Below, in pieces: positions 34,172 through 42,547 of a stretch of 62,240 nt of DNA (the stretch's first letter is position 1; each line of letters starts with the position of its first letter). The position numbers and the translations under genes are program-made. This DNA is from a virus. The DNA is taken from the IMG/VR virus record IMGVR_UViG_3300045988_042951; one strand, written 5' to 3'. Below the pieces are notes generated by a model, which did not search any database, was not told the origin of the DNA, and saw nothing but the letters and a program-made list of their open reading frames with translations.

Positions 34172-34603
34172 ATGACAACCAAAGACTATCTCAATCAAAT
34201 TAGCAGACTAAACCGCATGATTAACAATAAGTTGGTTGAAATTCAACAGCTCAAAGAAATGTCTTGTTCTATATCCGCTATAACAAATAGCGAAAGAGTA
34301 CAGACAAGCCTTAGCCCAGACAAAATCGGTTCCAATATCGCCAAAATTGACGAAATGGAACGTAACATTGACAGCATGATAGATACCTATGTCGATAAGA
34401 AAAACCTCATTATCGCTCAAATAGACAGCATAGAGGATGAAGATTGCTATAATATCCTTTTTTCTCGGTATATTGAAAAAAAGACCTTTGAGGTCATTGC
34501 AACCGAATTAAATTATTCGTGGAGACAAATAGTAAGGCTTCACGGAAAGGCATTAAAGATATTTGAGGATAAATATGGTAACGGCTATTTGAAGATGTCA
34601 TAG
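34172..34603 (+). CDS. sigma-70 region-4-like phage regulator (DUF1492/ArpU-like by eye)
   Basis: C-terminal ILFSRYIEKKTFEVIATELNYSWRQIVRLHGKALKIF. Confidence 0.55.
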   Translation: MTTKDYLNQISRLNRMINNKLVEIQQLKEMSCSISAITNSERVQTSLSPDKIGSNIAKIDEMERNIDSMIDTYVDKKNLIIAQIDSIEDEDCYNILFSRYIEKKTFEVIATELNYSWRQIVRLHGKALKIFEDKYGNGYLKMS

Positions 34604-34732
34604 AATGTCATATTGTCGCTATGATATTATTATAGTCGAAAGAACTGACAAAGTTTTTCAACAGCTTAATATCTCCTTGAAAGAAGCACTGTTGCATTTT
34701 GCAATGGTGCTTTTGCGTGAAATGAGGGTTTT

Positions 34733-34942
34733 ATGAGGGAAAAGACAAAATCAAATAAATACACAATATACTGTCCGCAATGTCACCGCAGAGTTGCGGA
34801 GTGGGACGGAAAGTATTCAAGCAATGTAATAGTCGGTTGCCGTAAGTGTCACAAGAAGATTGTATACCATACAGACACAGGCATTACAGATATTAAGTCG
34901 TGGGAGCCAAGACGAACAGCAAGCGGCATGACATATCTTTAG
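34733..34942 (+). CDS. Com-like zinc-ribbon protein
   Basis: YCPQCHRRV...VGCRKCHKKIVYH: two CxxC pairs in the arrangement of Mu Com-type proteins. Confidence 0.45.
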   Translation: MREKTKSNKYTIYCPQCHRRVAEWDGKYSSNVIVGCRKCHKKIVYHTDTGITDIKSWEPRRTASGMTYL

Positions 34943-34953
34943 GAGAAGTTAAA

Positions 34954-36513
34954 ATGCAGAGAGGACGCAATATCTTATTTACAGAGGAACCGGAAATTAC
35001 ATACGAAAACGTATTAGATGTATTGCGTAATGTTTTTCCGGCTCATATACAAAATGCAACTCAAATACAATTCTTACTTGATTATGACAACGGACAGCAA
35101 CCGATAATCCGTAAAACTGCTAAGACATATAGACCGGATATTGATTGTGAATGTTCAGATAATGTGGCTCATCAAGTTTCGGATTTTTGGACTTCTTATG
35201 CATGGGGAAATCCAATAAGTTTAGTCCAGAACGGCGATAGCGTTAATAACATTATTGCTGAAGGAATAACAGAACTTAACAAGCAATATGAGCTTGCTAA
35301 AATCAAGTCCAAGACACAGGAAATCGGAAGATTTGTTGAGATAGGCGCTACATGCAATGTGCTAATTGATGTAAACACCGAATGGAAACCGGGAAAATGT
35401 TATTTTAGCCTTGATGTATTAGACCCAAGAACATCGTGCATTATTCGTTCAAGCTATTATTCAGACAAACGACCGATGATGGGAGTTACATACAGACACA
35501 GCAATACAACTGGTAATACATATTTTACTTGTATTACTAAAGATTACAGATTTGAAATTATCAATCTTCAAGAAATTTCCAACGGAGATTATACAAAAAA
35601 AGAGGCGTGGCAACATCGACAGCGCAGTGGCGAAGTAAATCCATTAGGTGTTGTGCCGATTGTTGAATATTTTCGTTCGTATGACCGCATGGGTGTGTGG
35701 GAACACCAGTTGTCTGAAATGGATAACCTTAATTTGTTGATTTCCGACTTCACAAACGATGTCGAACAAAACACGCAAGCTGTATGGCACACTAACGATG
35801 TGGAATTTCCAACTATTTTCAACAAAAGCGAAGATGGAACAGTAACAGAAGAAGTTAGGAAACCTAAATCAGGTGAATGGTTACAGACCTATACATCGCA
35901 AAATGGCAAAACACCAATGGTCGAACCACTTACTATCAATTACGATTACACAGGTATGCTTAATAATATTCAGTACCGCAGGGACAAAATATTAGAAAAA
36001 TGCAATGTTCCATTAACCAACAGCAATGCCTCTAATATGACAGGTGTTGCATCCAACAACGCTTCCGGTTGGGACCATGCTGAGGCAGCTGCATCTAAAC
36101 AGCAAATGATAACCGAAAGTTGCAAGATAGACGAGCTAGAGGTTGTGCTTGCCGCTTTGCAAAATAGTTCATTTTTGCCTGTGGACAGTCCGTTACGACA
36201 ACTAAACCTTGGCGACATTGAGGTAAATATCAAGCGTCAGAAATTATATGAGTTGTCAACAAAAGCTAACAGCATTGCCACGCTTATCAATATTGGTCTT
36301 AACGGCGGCAAGGTGCTTAATGCTATCCCGATATTTGATGACCCTAATGAAGTATGGGAATCAAGTAAAGACACAGTCTGTAAGATACAGGAAAGCAAGA
36401 TTACGTCTGGCAATAGCAATACTGTATCGCCAAACAGTGGTAGAACAATGCAGGACTTGTCAGACCAAATCAGTAACAGCCCTCTGATTGATAAGAACAG
36501 GGCAACAAAATAA
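34954..36513 (+). CDS. portal protein (SPP1 gp6-like)
   Basis: Size, position after terL, and N-terminal pattern ...LDYDNGQQPIIRKTAKTYRPDID.... ATG follows TAGGAGAAG. Confidence 0.8.
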   Translation: MQRGRNILFTEEPEITYENVLDVLRNVFPAHIQNATQIQFLLDYDNGQQPIIRKTAKTYRPDIDCECSDNVAHQVSDFWTSYAWGNPISLVQNGDSVNNIIAEGITELNKQYELAKIKSKTQEIGRFVEIGATCNVLIDVNTEWKPGKCYFSLDVLDPRTSCIIRSSYYSDKRPMMGVTYRHSNTTGNTYFTCITKDYRFEIINLQEISNGDYTKKEAWQHRQRSGEVNPLGVVPIVEYFRSYDRMGVWEHQLSEMDNLNLLISDFTNDVEQNTQAVWHTNDVEFPTIFNKSEDGTVTEEVRKPKSGEWLQTYTSQNGKTPMVEPLTINYDYTGMLNNIQYRRDKILEKCNVPLTNSNASNMTGVASNNASGWDHAEAAASKQQMITESCKIDELEVVLAALQNSSFLPVDSPLRQLNLGDIEVNIKRQKLYELSTKANSIATLINIGLNGGKVLNAIPIFDDPNEVWESSKDTVCKIQESKITSGNSNTVSPNSGRTMQDLSDQISNSPLIDKNRATK

Positions 36514-36630
36514 TTATTGTTATCAAGCCATTAGGAATTATTCTAGTGGCTTTTTATATTGCACAGAGAAGTGGATAAAACACAAGTGGCAGAGAAGCCA
36601 ATAAAACACAGAAAGAACGAGGTACATATC

Positions 36631-37209
36631 ATGGAAACAGAAGTAACTAATTCAACCAATGCAACAGAGACAAACGCAGTAGAGACAACTCCTCAGGCTG
36701 ATAATGATAGCAAGCCAACGGTTGAAGAGCTTTTGGCACAGTTAGCAGCAGAAAGAGCAGCCAATGCCAAGAACAAGCAGGCGCTTGACAAGGCACTCAA
36801 GGAAAAAGGGGATGTAACCAAGGCATTGAGAGCCAAGCAGACAGCAGAGGAACAGGAAGCGGAAGCCAAGGCAGAAGCAGAACGTATTCAGAATGAGAAG
36901 TACGAGGCGACAGTTAAAGAACTTAACCATATCAAGGCAGTTGCGGCGTATAAGAATTTCTCTTCCGATAATGCGATTGAAAGCATGATTGAGGCGGTTG
37001 CGGATGGAGACCACGGTGCTATTGCGGCGCTGATTGACAATGAGGTTAAGGCAGCTACCACAGCAGCTAAAGCTGAATGGATGAAGTCAAGACCAAGAAT
37101 GAATGTCGGCGGTGAATATTCAGGCATGACAAAGGAACAAATAATGGCAATCCCGGACAGAGCAGAGCGTAGAAGAGCTATTGCGATGAATCCGAGCTTA
37201 TTTAATTAG
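36631..37209 (+). CDS. capsid scaffolding protein
   Basis: Ala/Glu/Lys-rich coiled coil between the portal and capsid genes. ATG follows ACGAGGTAC. Confidence 0.65.
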   Translation: METEVTNSTNATETNAVETTPQADNDSKPTVEELLAQLAAERAANAKNKQALDKALKEKGDVTKALRAKQTAEEQEAEAKAEAERIQNEKYEATVKELNHIKAVAAYKNFSSDNAIESMIEAVADGDHGAIAALIDNEVKAATTAAKAEWMKSRPRMNVGGEYSGMTKEQIMAIPDRAERRRAIAMNPSLFN

Positions 37210-37223
37210 GAGGACAGATAAAT

Positions 37224-38087
37224 ATGGCAGCAGAAACAGGATTAATCAAGAAGGAAGACCTTGCAAGAGCAAGGGAAGTTGAGTTTGTCGAAATGTTCGG
37301 CTACTCAATTAAGAAGTTAATGGAAGCACTTGGCGTGACCCGCAAAATTCCCAAGGTAGCAGGAACGGTGTTAAAGACCTACAAGGCGAGTGGAACACTC
37401 GAAGACGGCAAGGTTGGAGAGGGCGAATTAATTCCGCTTTCTCATTATACAGTAGAGGCTGTATCTTACAAGGAAATTGAGCTCAAGAAGTGGAGAAAAG
37501 CAACGTCGGCAGAGGCGATTATTGAGAAGGGATATGACCAGGCAGTTGAAATGACTACGGACGCACTGCTCAGGGATGTCCAGAAGGGTATTCGTAAGGA
37601 TTTCTTCACTTTTCTTGCAACAGGAACAGGAACAGCAAGCGGAGCGACATTCCAGAAAGCTATTGCTCAGGCGTGGGGGCAGTTACAGGTCAAGTTCGAG
37701 GATGACGAGATAGAGGCGGTTTATTTCATGAATCCGCTTGATGCGGCTGACTATCTTGGTGATGCAACTATTATCACCCAGAACGCTTTCGGTATGAGCT
37801 ACGTTGAAAACTTCCTCGGACTTGGAACTGTTATTTTCAACAGCTCCGTAACCAAGGGGAAGATATACGCGACCGCTAAGCAGAACCTTGTACTTTACTA
37901 TATCCCGGTAAATGGTGCAGACCTTAGTGAAGCATTTACGTTTACATCGGATGCAACCGGGCTTATTGGTATCCATGAAGCTCCTGACTATCCACACATG
38001 ACAGCGGAGGATGTTGTTGCGTCGGGTCTTACTCTTTTTGCTGAGAGAATAGACGGCGTTATTATTTCGTCTATTGTTGGAGCTTAG
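37224..38087 (+). CDS. major capsid protein
   Basis: Position after the scaffold gene, size 287 aa, strong RBS TAGGAGGACAG. Confidence 0.7.
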   Translation: MAAETGLIKKEDLARAREVEFVEMFGYSIKKLMEALGVTRKIPKVAGTVLKTYKASGTLEDGKVGEGELIPLSHYTVEAVSYKEIELKKWRKATSAEAIIEKGYDQAVEMTTDALLRDVQKGIRKDFFTFLATGTGTASGATFQKAIAQAWGQLQVKFEDDEIEAVYFMNPLDAADYLGDATIITQNAFGMSYVENFLGLGTVIFNSSVTKGKIYATAKQNLVLYYIPVNGADLSEAFTFTSDATGLIGIHEAPDYPHMTAEDVVASGLTLFAERIDGVIISSIVGA

Positions 38088-38094
38088 GCAGTAG

Positions 38095-38415
38095 ATGTAT
38101 CAGGTAACAGAATTATTCGCGGATTTACAGGATAATTCGCACGTCTATATTCCGGGGGATATATTTCCCCGGAAAGGCGTTGAAGTCTCTGACAAGAGAT
38201 TAGAAGAGCTGTCAACCTGTAACAATCTGCGTGGAATACCACTTATTAAGGTGGTTGGAAACGAAAGAAAAAGTAGTAATTACACCAAGACCGACATTAA
38301 CCGCATGAGTACCGCCGACTTACAGGCACTTGCCAAGGAGCAGGGCATTGGCGGTGCCGAACTGTTAAGCGGCGCAGAGCTAAAAAAGCTGTTAATTGAG
38401 AGGTTCAATTTATAG
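38095..38415 (+). CDS. head protein with Rho-N/SAP-like C-terminal helix-extension-helix
   Basis: C-terminal MSTADLQALAKEQGIGGAELLSGAELKKLLIERF. Confidence 0.5.
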   Translation: MYQVTELFADLQDNSHVYIPGDIFPRKGVEVSDKRLEELSTCNNLRGIPLIKVVGNERKSSNYTKTDINRMSTADLQALAKEQGIGGAELLSGAELKKLLIERFNL

Positions 38416-38425
38416 GAGGTTAGTC

Positions 38426-38803
38426 ATGTACACAACATTAGAACAAGTCAAAATCAGACTTCACCAATACCATATTGATACAGTCAAGAATGATGATAAT
38501 GACACCACGACTAATGTTGTGGTATTTGATGACATTGAGGATAATCCACTAATTGAACAGCTCATTGAGCAGTCAAGGCAGGAAATAATCAGCTTAAGGA
38601 ATTATCCGAGTAGTTATACGCAAGAGCAAATTGATAATGACTTGTCTAAGTACGAGAGCGTTATTGTCAACCTCACGGTGTATGACCACTCGCAAGCCGG
38701 TGAGAACTACATGACGAGTATGAATGAGGGTGGTGTCAACCGCACTTGGAAAAACCGTAATGAGCTATTTGCTGGGGTATTTCCGTTAGTCAATGTGATA
38801 TAG
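38426..38803 (+). CDS. head-tail connector (gp6-like) protein
   Basis: Position and size. ATG 38426 follows TAGGAGGTTAG. Confidence 0.5.
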   Translation: MYTTLEQVKIRLHQYHIDTVKNDDNDTTTNVVVFDDIEDNPLIEQLIEQSRQEIISLRNYPSSYTQEQIDNDLSKYESVIVNLTVYDHSQAGENYMTSMNEGGVNRTWKNRNELFAGVFPLVNVI

Positions 38804-38996
38804 CCTATCTACCATGAGTAGAACAGGAATCCGATTTTTGCAAAGCAGTTATCGGTGTTTAACAGAGCCTACAGGGCATTAAAAAAATAAGAAGATTGTG
38901 CGTTACCATGTTACTGATGTCGGCAATATGGTAGCAGGCGGCACACATTAAGGGTGGTGGGCGGTGTGCCAAAATTATACGAAAGGCGGTATATCA

Positions 38997-39320
38997 ATGC
39001 CAACAGCAGTAATTATAAGCATCGTATCAGTTGCTTTTTCCGTCTTTTTCGGACTGTTTACCTTAGGACTTAATCTTAAGAACAACAAAAAGTCTGACAA
39101 TGCAGAACTTACGGAGCGTGTAAAGGAAAATACACGCATAAATATGAAACTTGACACAATATCAGGCAACACAACAGAGATAAAAAATGAAGTTATAGAA
39201 ATGAGAAAAGAGCTTAATTCTCATGATAACCGAATTGTCAAGGTTGAGGAGAGCGTCAAGTCGGCTCATCACAGAATAGATGGGCTTGAAACAAGGATTA
39301 ACAGTGATAAGGAGGACTAA
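38997..39320 (+). CDS. XhlA-like membrane protein (N-terminal TM plus coiled coil)
   Basis: MPTAVIISIVSVAFSVFFGLFTL forms the TM segment. C-terminal VKSAHHRIDGLETRI resembles the XhlA family. Confidence 0.5.
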   Translation: MPTAVIISIVSVAFSVFFGLFTLGLNLKNNKKSDNAELTERVKENTRINMKLDTISGNTTEIKNEVIEMRKELNSHDNRIVKVEESVKSAHHRIDGLETRINSDKED

Positions 39321-39323
39321 GAC

Positions 39324-39593
39324 ATGGATTTCACACAGGTATCAACAGTAGTTGCAATCGTTGTAATTACATATCTGATAGGCTTAGGAGCCAAGGTAAT
39401 TCCGCAGATTAAGGATAATTTCATTCCTATAATTGTCGGCATTGCAGGTGGCATCTTAGGCGTTGTCGGAATGTATGTAATACCTGATTTCCCAGCAACA
39501 GATGTTCTCAATGCAATAGCAGTAGGTATTGTGTCGGGACTGTCCAGCACTGGTGTAAATCAAATTTACAAGCAGGTAAAGAAAAATGCTTGA
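39324..39593 (+). CDS. holin
   Basis: 89 aa, multiple TM segments, charged C-terminus KQVKKNA. Adjacent to the XhlA-like gene. Confidence 0.65.
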   Translation: MDFTQVSTVVAIVVITYLIGLGAKVIPQIKDNFIPIIVGIAGGILGVVGMYVIPDFPATDVLNAIAVGIVSGLSSTGVNQIYKQVKKNA

Positions 39594-40050
39594 AATTAAC
39601 AAGCAAAACATGAAGTGTTCACGGCAAGGACAGCATGTAACCATCTATGAGACTGACGATGACGGCAACATCATATATGAGGGCTTTACTGACAGTGAGG
39701 GTAACTTTACACCATATCTTGACAGCAAAGGCAATAAGATACCTCGTATCAAGGATGAATATGTCGGTTATTCCTTGCCGGTTGACTTCCGGGCAAACAT
39801 ATCATTCAGTGGTGGTGAAGCACAGGCTCAGGAGTACGGCTTCAATGTAGCTGATTTCGACGCGGTTATGATTACAGACCGCAATAAGTTTCCATTTGGA
39901 AAAGGTGACATTATATGGCTTGACAGTGAGGTCGGATATAAGAACGAGGATAAGACACAGGTTGATGAGCTTACATCGGATTTCATTATTGTGGGTGTTA
40001 AGCCGTCGCTTATATCGACTAAGTATGTGTTAAAGGCGAGGACAAAGTAA
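39586..40050 (+). CDS. head-tail joining / head-closure-like structural protein
   Basis: Assigned by position in the connector block only. Confidence 0.4.
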   Translation: MLEINKQNMKCSRQGQHVTIYETDDDGNIIYEGFTDSEGNFTPYLDSKGNKIPRIKDEYVGYSLPVDFRANISFSGGEAQAQEYGFNVADFDAVMITDRNKFPFGKGDIIWLDSEVGYKNEDKTQVDELTSDFIIVGVKPSLISTKYVLKARTK

Positions 40051-40580
40051 TGGCAAAGCATAAGATTACACTTAATCCGCTCTCACAAAGCTCCATTCAG
40101 AACGCAATTAAAGCCTTGCAGAGCTATCAAGACGGCTTGACATATAAATGCCAGCTCCTTGCGGAAAAGCTTGCAGAAAAGGGCGTAGAAATCGCAAGAG
40201 TGCAAATTGCAGACCTTGACGCAGTGTTTACGTCTGAATTGCTTCAAAGCGTTCATTCTGAATACAAGGGCAGTGTAAAAGGTGGCGGTGTATGGGCGGT
40301 TGTGACAGACAGCAAGCACGCCGCTTTTGTTGAGTTTGGAACAGGAATTATCGGCAAGGCAAACCCATATAAGGGAACATTACCTGAGGGCGTTGATTGG
40401 CAATATGCAAGCGGTAAAACCATTCGACAGCTTGCCGATGGTCGCTATGGTTGGTTTTATAAGGGAAAGGACGGCAACTGGTATTTTACCGAGGGTATGC
40501 CGTCAAGACCATTCATGTATAACACCGCAAATGAGTTGAAGTCAATCATTGTAAGTACAGCAAGGGAGGTATTTGGCTGA
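40050..40580 (+). CDS. HK97 gp10-family tail-completion/neck protein
   Basis: HAAFVEFGTGIIG pattern and position. Confidence 0.6.
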   Translation: MAKHKITLNPLSQSSIQNAIKALQSYQDGLTYKCQLLAEKLAEKGVEIARVQIADLDAVFTSELLQSVHSEYKGSVKGGGVWAVVTDSKHAAFVEFGTGIIGKANPYKGTLPEGVDWQYASGKTIRQLADGRYGWFYKGKDGNWYFTEGMPSRPFMYNTANELKSIIVSTAREVFG

Positions 40581-40996
40581 TGGCAAGCGAAAATTCATGG
40601 GCTTATGGCATTGAGACTACAATATATTCCATTATCAAAAGCAAAACATATTCGGAAATTCAGAAGAAATACCATAATCTGCTGTTCACTGATAAAGGGC
40701 AAAGCGACAGTCCACCAGCATTCCCTACGGTGTACATTCACATGTTAGCACCGACCGAACAAGGGCAGACGCTTGACGGACAGACAATTAACGGCTTACT
40801 TGTGACGGTACAGGTTGATGTAACAACGAACACTAGCGGTTCAGATGCACGTTGGGTTATGGCTAAGGTTGCCGAAGCGTTCAAGGAATTACGATTTGGA
40901 GCCAAGCCGATGCCTGAGCTAACCTATTCGGACAAAATATATAGAAGCACCGCAAGGTTTAATCGTGTTATCGGTGCAAATGACAGATTGTTGTAA
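40580..40996 (+). CDS. tail terminator-like structural protein
   Basis: Lies immediately before the major tail protein. TGATG overlap with the upstream gene. Confidence 0.4.
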   Translation: MASENSWAYGIETTIYSIIKSKTYSEIQKKYHNLLFTDKGQSDSPPAFPTVYIHMLAPTEQGQTLDGQTINGLLVTVQVDVTTNTSGSDARWVMAKVAEAFKELRFGAKPMPELTYSDKIYRSTARFNRVIGANDRLL

Positions 40997-41048
40997 TTAA
41001 GAGCTGATGAAGCTCTTTTTTTATTTTCATTTTTAAGGAGGAATACAA

Positions 41049-41525
41049 ATGGCAGTAGCAGGTATATCTACATTAGGTGTTACGTTTGGTTACGGCGCAG
41101 AAACAACAGCCGGAACTAAGCCGACAACATTCACACAGCTTACCAGAATTAATACTATTGGGGGAATTACTATTGACCCACAGACCATCGACGCATCAGC
41201 ACTTGAAGATATGGTAACAAGAAGTATTAAGGGTAGAGCAGATACAGGCGGTACATGGACTGTTACAATCAATCTTACAGACGAGACAGAAGCAGAATGG
41301 GAAGCTCTTATGACAACGTATAAAGCTCTTACCGGCGGCAAGAGAATGTGGTTCGAGACGATTTTTAAGGGCTTGACCAAGAGCTTTTTTGTTGTGGCTC
41401 AACCGCCAGATGAGATTCCACATCCATCAACAGACCAGAATGGTCTTGCAACAGTTGAAATCAACCTTACAATCGAGGAATACAAAGGGCTTGACACAAA
41501 GGTGGAACTTACACCGGGGGAATAG
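41049..41525 (+). CDS. major tail protein
   Basis: Position upstream of the chaperone/tape-measure genes. Strong RBS AAGGAGGAA. Thr/Gly-rich beta pattern. Confidence 0.7.
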   Translation: MAVAGISTLGVTFGYGAETTAGTKPTTFTQLTRINTIGGITIDPQTIDASALEDMVTRSIKGRADTGGTWTVTINLTDETEAEWEALMTTYKALTGGKRMWFETIFKGLTKSFFVVAQPPDEIPHPSTDQNGLATVEINLTIEEYKGLDTKVELTPGE

Positions 41526-41677
41526 TAAGTCATTCAGCTGATATGGCTGTACTGAATGACGATACAGCCGATGATTACTTGCCAATATACGGCAAGTAAG
41601 TAATTATTTGACAGAGAAGGGCGGTCTACGGACTGCCCCTTTTCCTATGGCAAGCATAGGAGGAAAAGGAGAACATA

Positions 41678-42130
41678 ATGATAACATTTGATATTGATAA
41701 CAAGGAATATAAGTTAGAGTTTGGCTTTGACGCGGCAGAGGACAAGGACATTGTCCAGAAGATGTTCAATTATATGACAGGTGCATACATTTACAAGGAA
41801 ACCGGAAACACAATTACCGCAACATCTAACGGTGCGGCTAAGATGGTTGCTGATTACAGCGAAGTATGCCAGATGGCTTTTTACGCTGGCTGTTTACAGC
41901 ACAATGCAGTGTCAAGAGCAGAGGCTAAGACTTTAGCAAGAGCATACATTACACAGAAGAGAAAGGCAGACAGCAAGTACGGCTATTATCAGCTATTCGA
42001 GGATATTAAGATTGCTATGGCGGACGATGGTTTTTTCGAGTTGAGCGGCTTGGCGCAGACAGTAGAGGAGATGAACAAGTCGGTGGCGGAGCAGTTGGAG
42101 AAGATGCAGAAAGAGAAGTCAAAGAAGTAA
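41678..42130 (+). CDS. tail assembly chaperone (G-like)
   Basis: Position before the tape measure. Acidic C-terminus. Confidence 0.7.
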   Translation: MITFDIDNKEYKLEFGFDAAEDKDIVQKMFNYMTGAYIYKETGNTITATSNGAAKMVADYSEVCQMAFYAGCLQHNAVSRAEAKTLARAYITQKRKADSKYGYYQLFEDIKIAMADDGFFELSGLAQTVEEMNKSVAEQLEKMQKEKSKK

Positions 42131-42510
42131 ACTTCCACAAGCTGATATGGGAAGAATACTTTCCGCTTGCTTTTTCAATTGGAATCAGCCTTGAAGAGTT
42201 TAAAAGACTTACTCCTAAGACTTTAGGGTATTGCCTTAAAGGCGAAGAGTTGCGGCGTAAAGAACGTGACCGGGAAATGTGGGTGTGGACACGTCAATAC
42301 GGCATACCGGCAATCATCATCGGAACAAGAAGCGGTGCATGGGGCAAAAGCAAGGTTGAATATCCTGAGCAATCAATTTATGTTGAGCAGGACCCGGTTG
42401 AGCAAGAAAAACTTGCCGAGAAGAAAAGACAAGAGTTCCTGCAAAGCTTATTGTCTATGCAGGATAATTTTGAACGAAATAAAAAGAACAAAGTAGGCGG
42501 TACGGAGTAA
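41678..42510 (+). CDS. tail assembly chaperone -1 frameshift product (G-T-like)
   Basis: The -1 frame is open from 42010 to 42510 and overlaps the end of G. Slippery T TTT TTC lies at 42031-42037. Confidence 0.55.
42031..42037 (+). promoter_or_regulatory. candidate -1 programmed frameshift heptamer T TTT TTC
   Basis: X XXY YYZ in the zero frame (GGT TTT TTC) within the G/T overlap window. Confidence 0.5.
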
Positions 42511-42547
42511 TCTGTACCGCTTTTATTTTTAGCAAGGAGGTGAGAAC

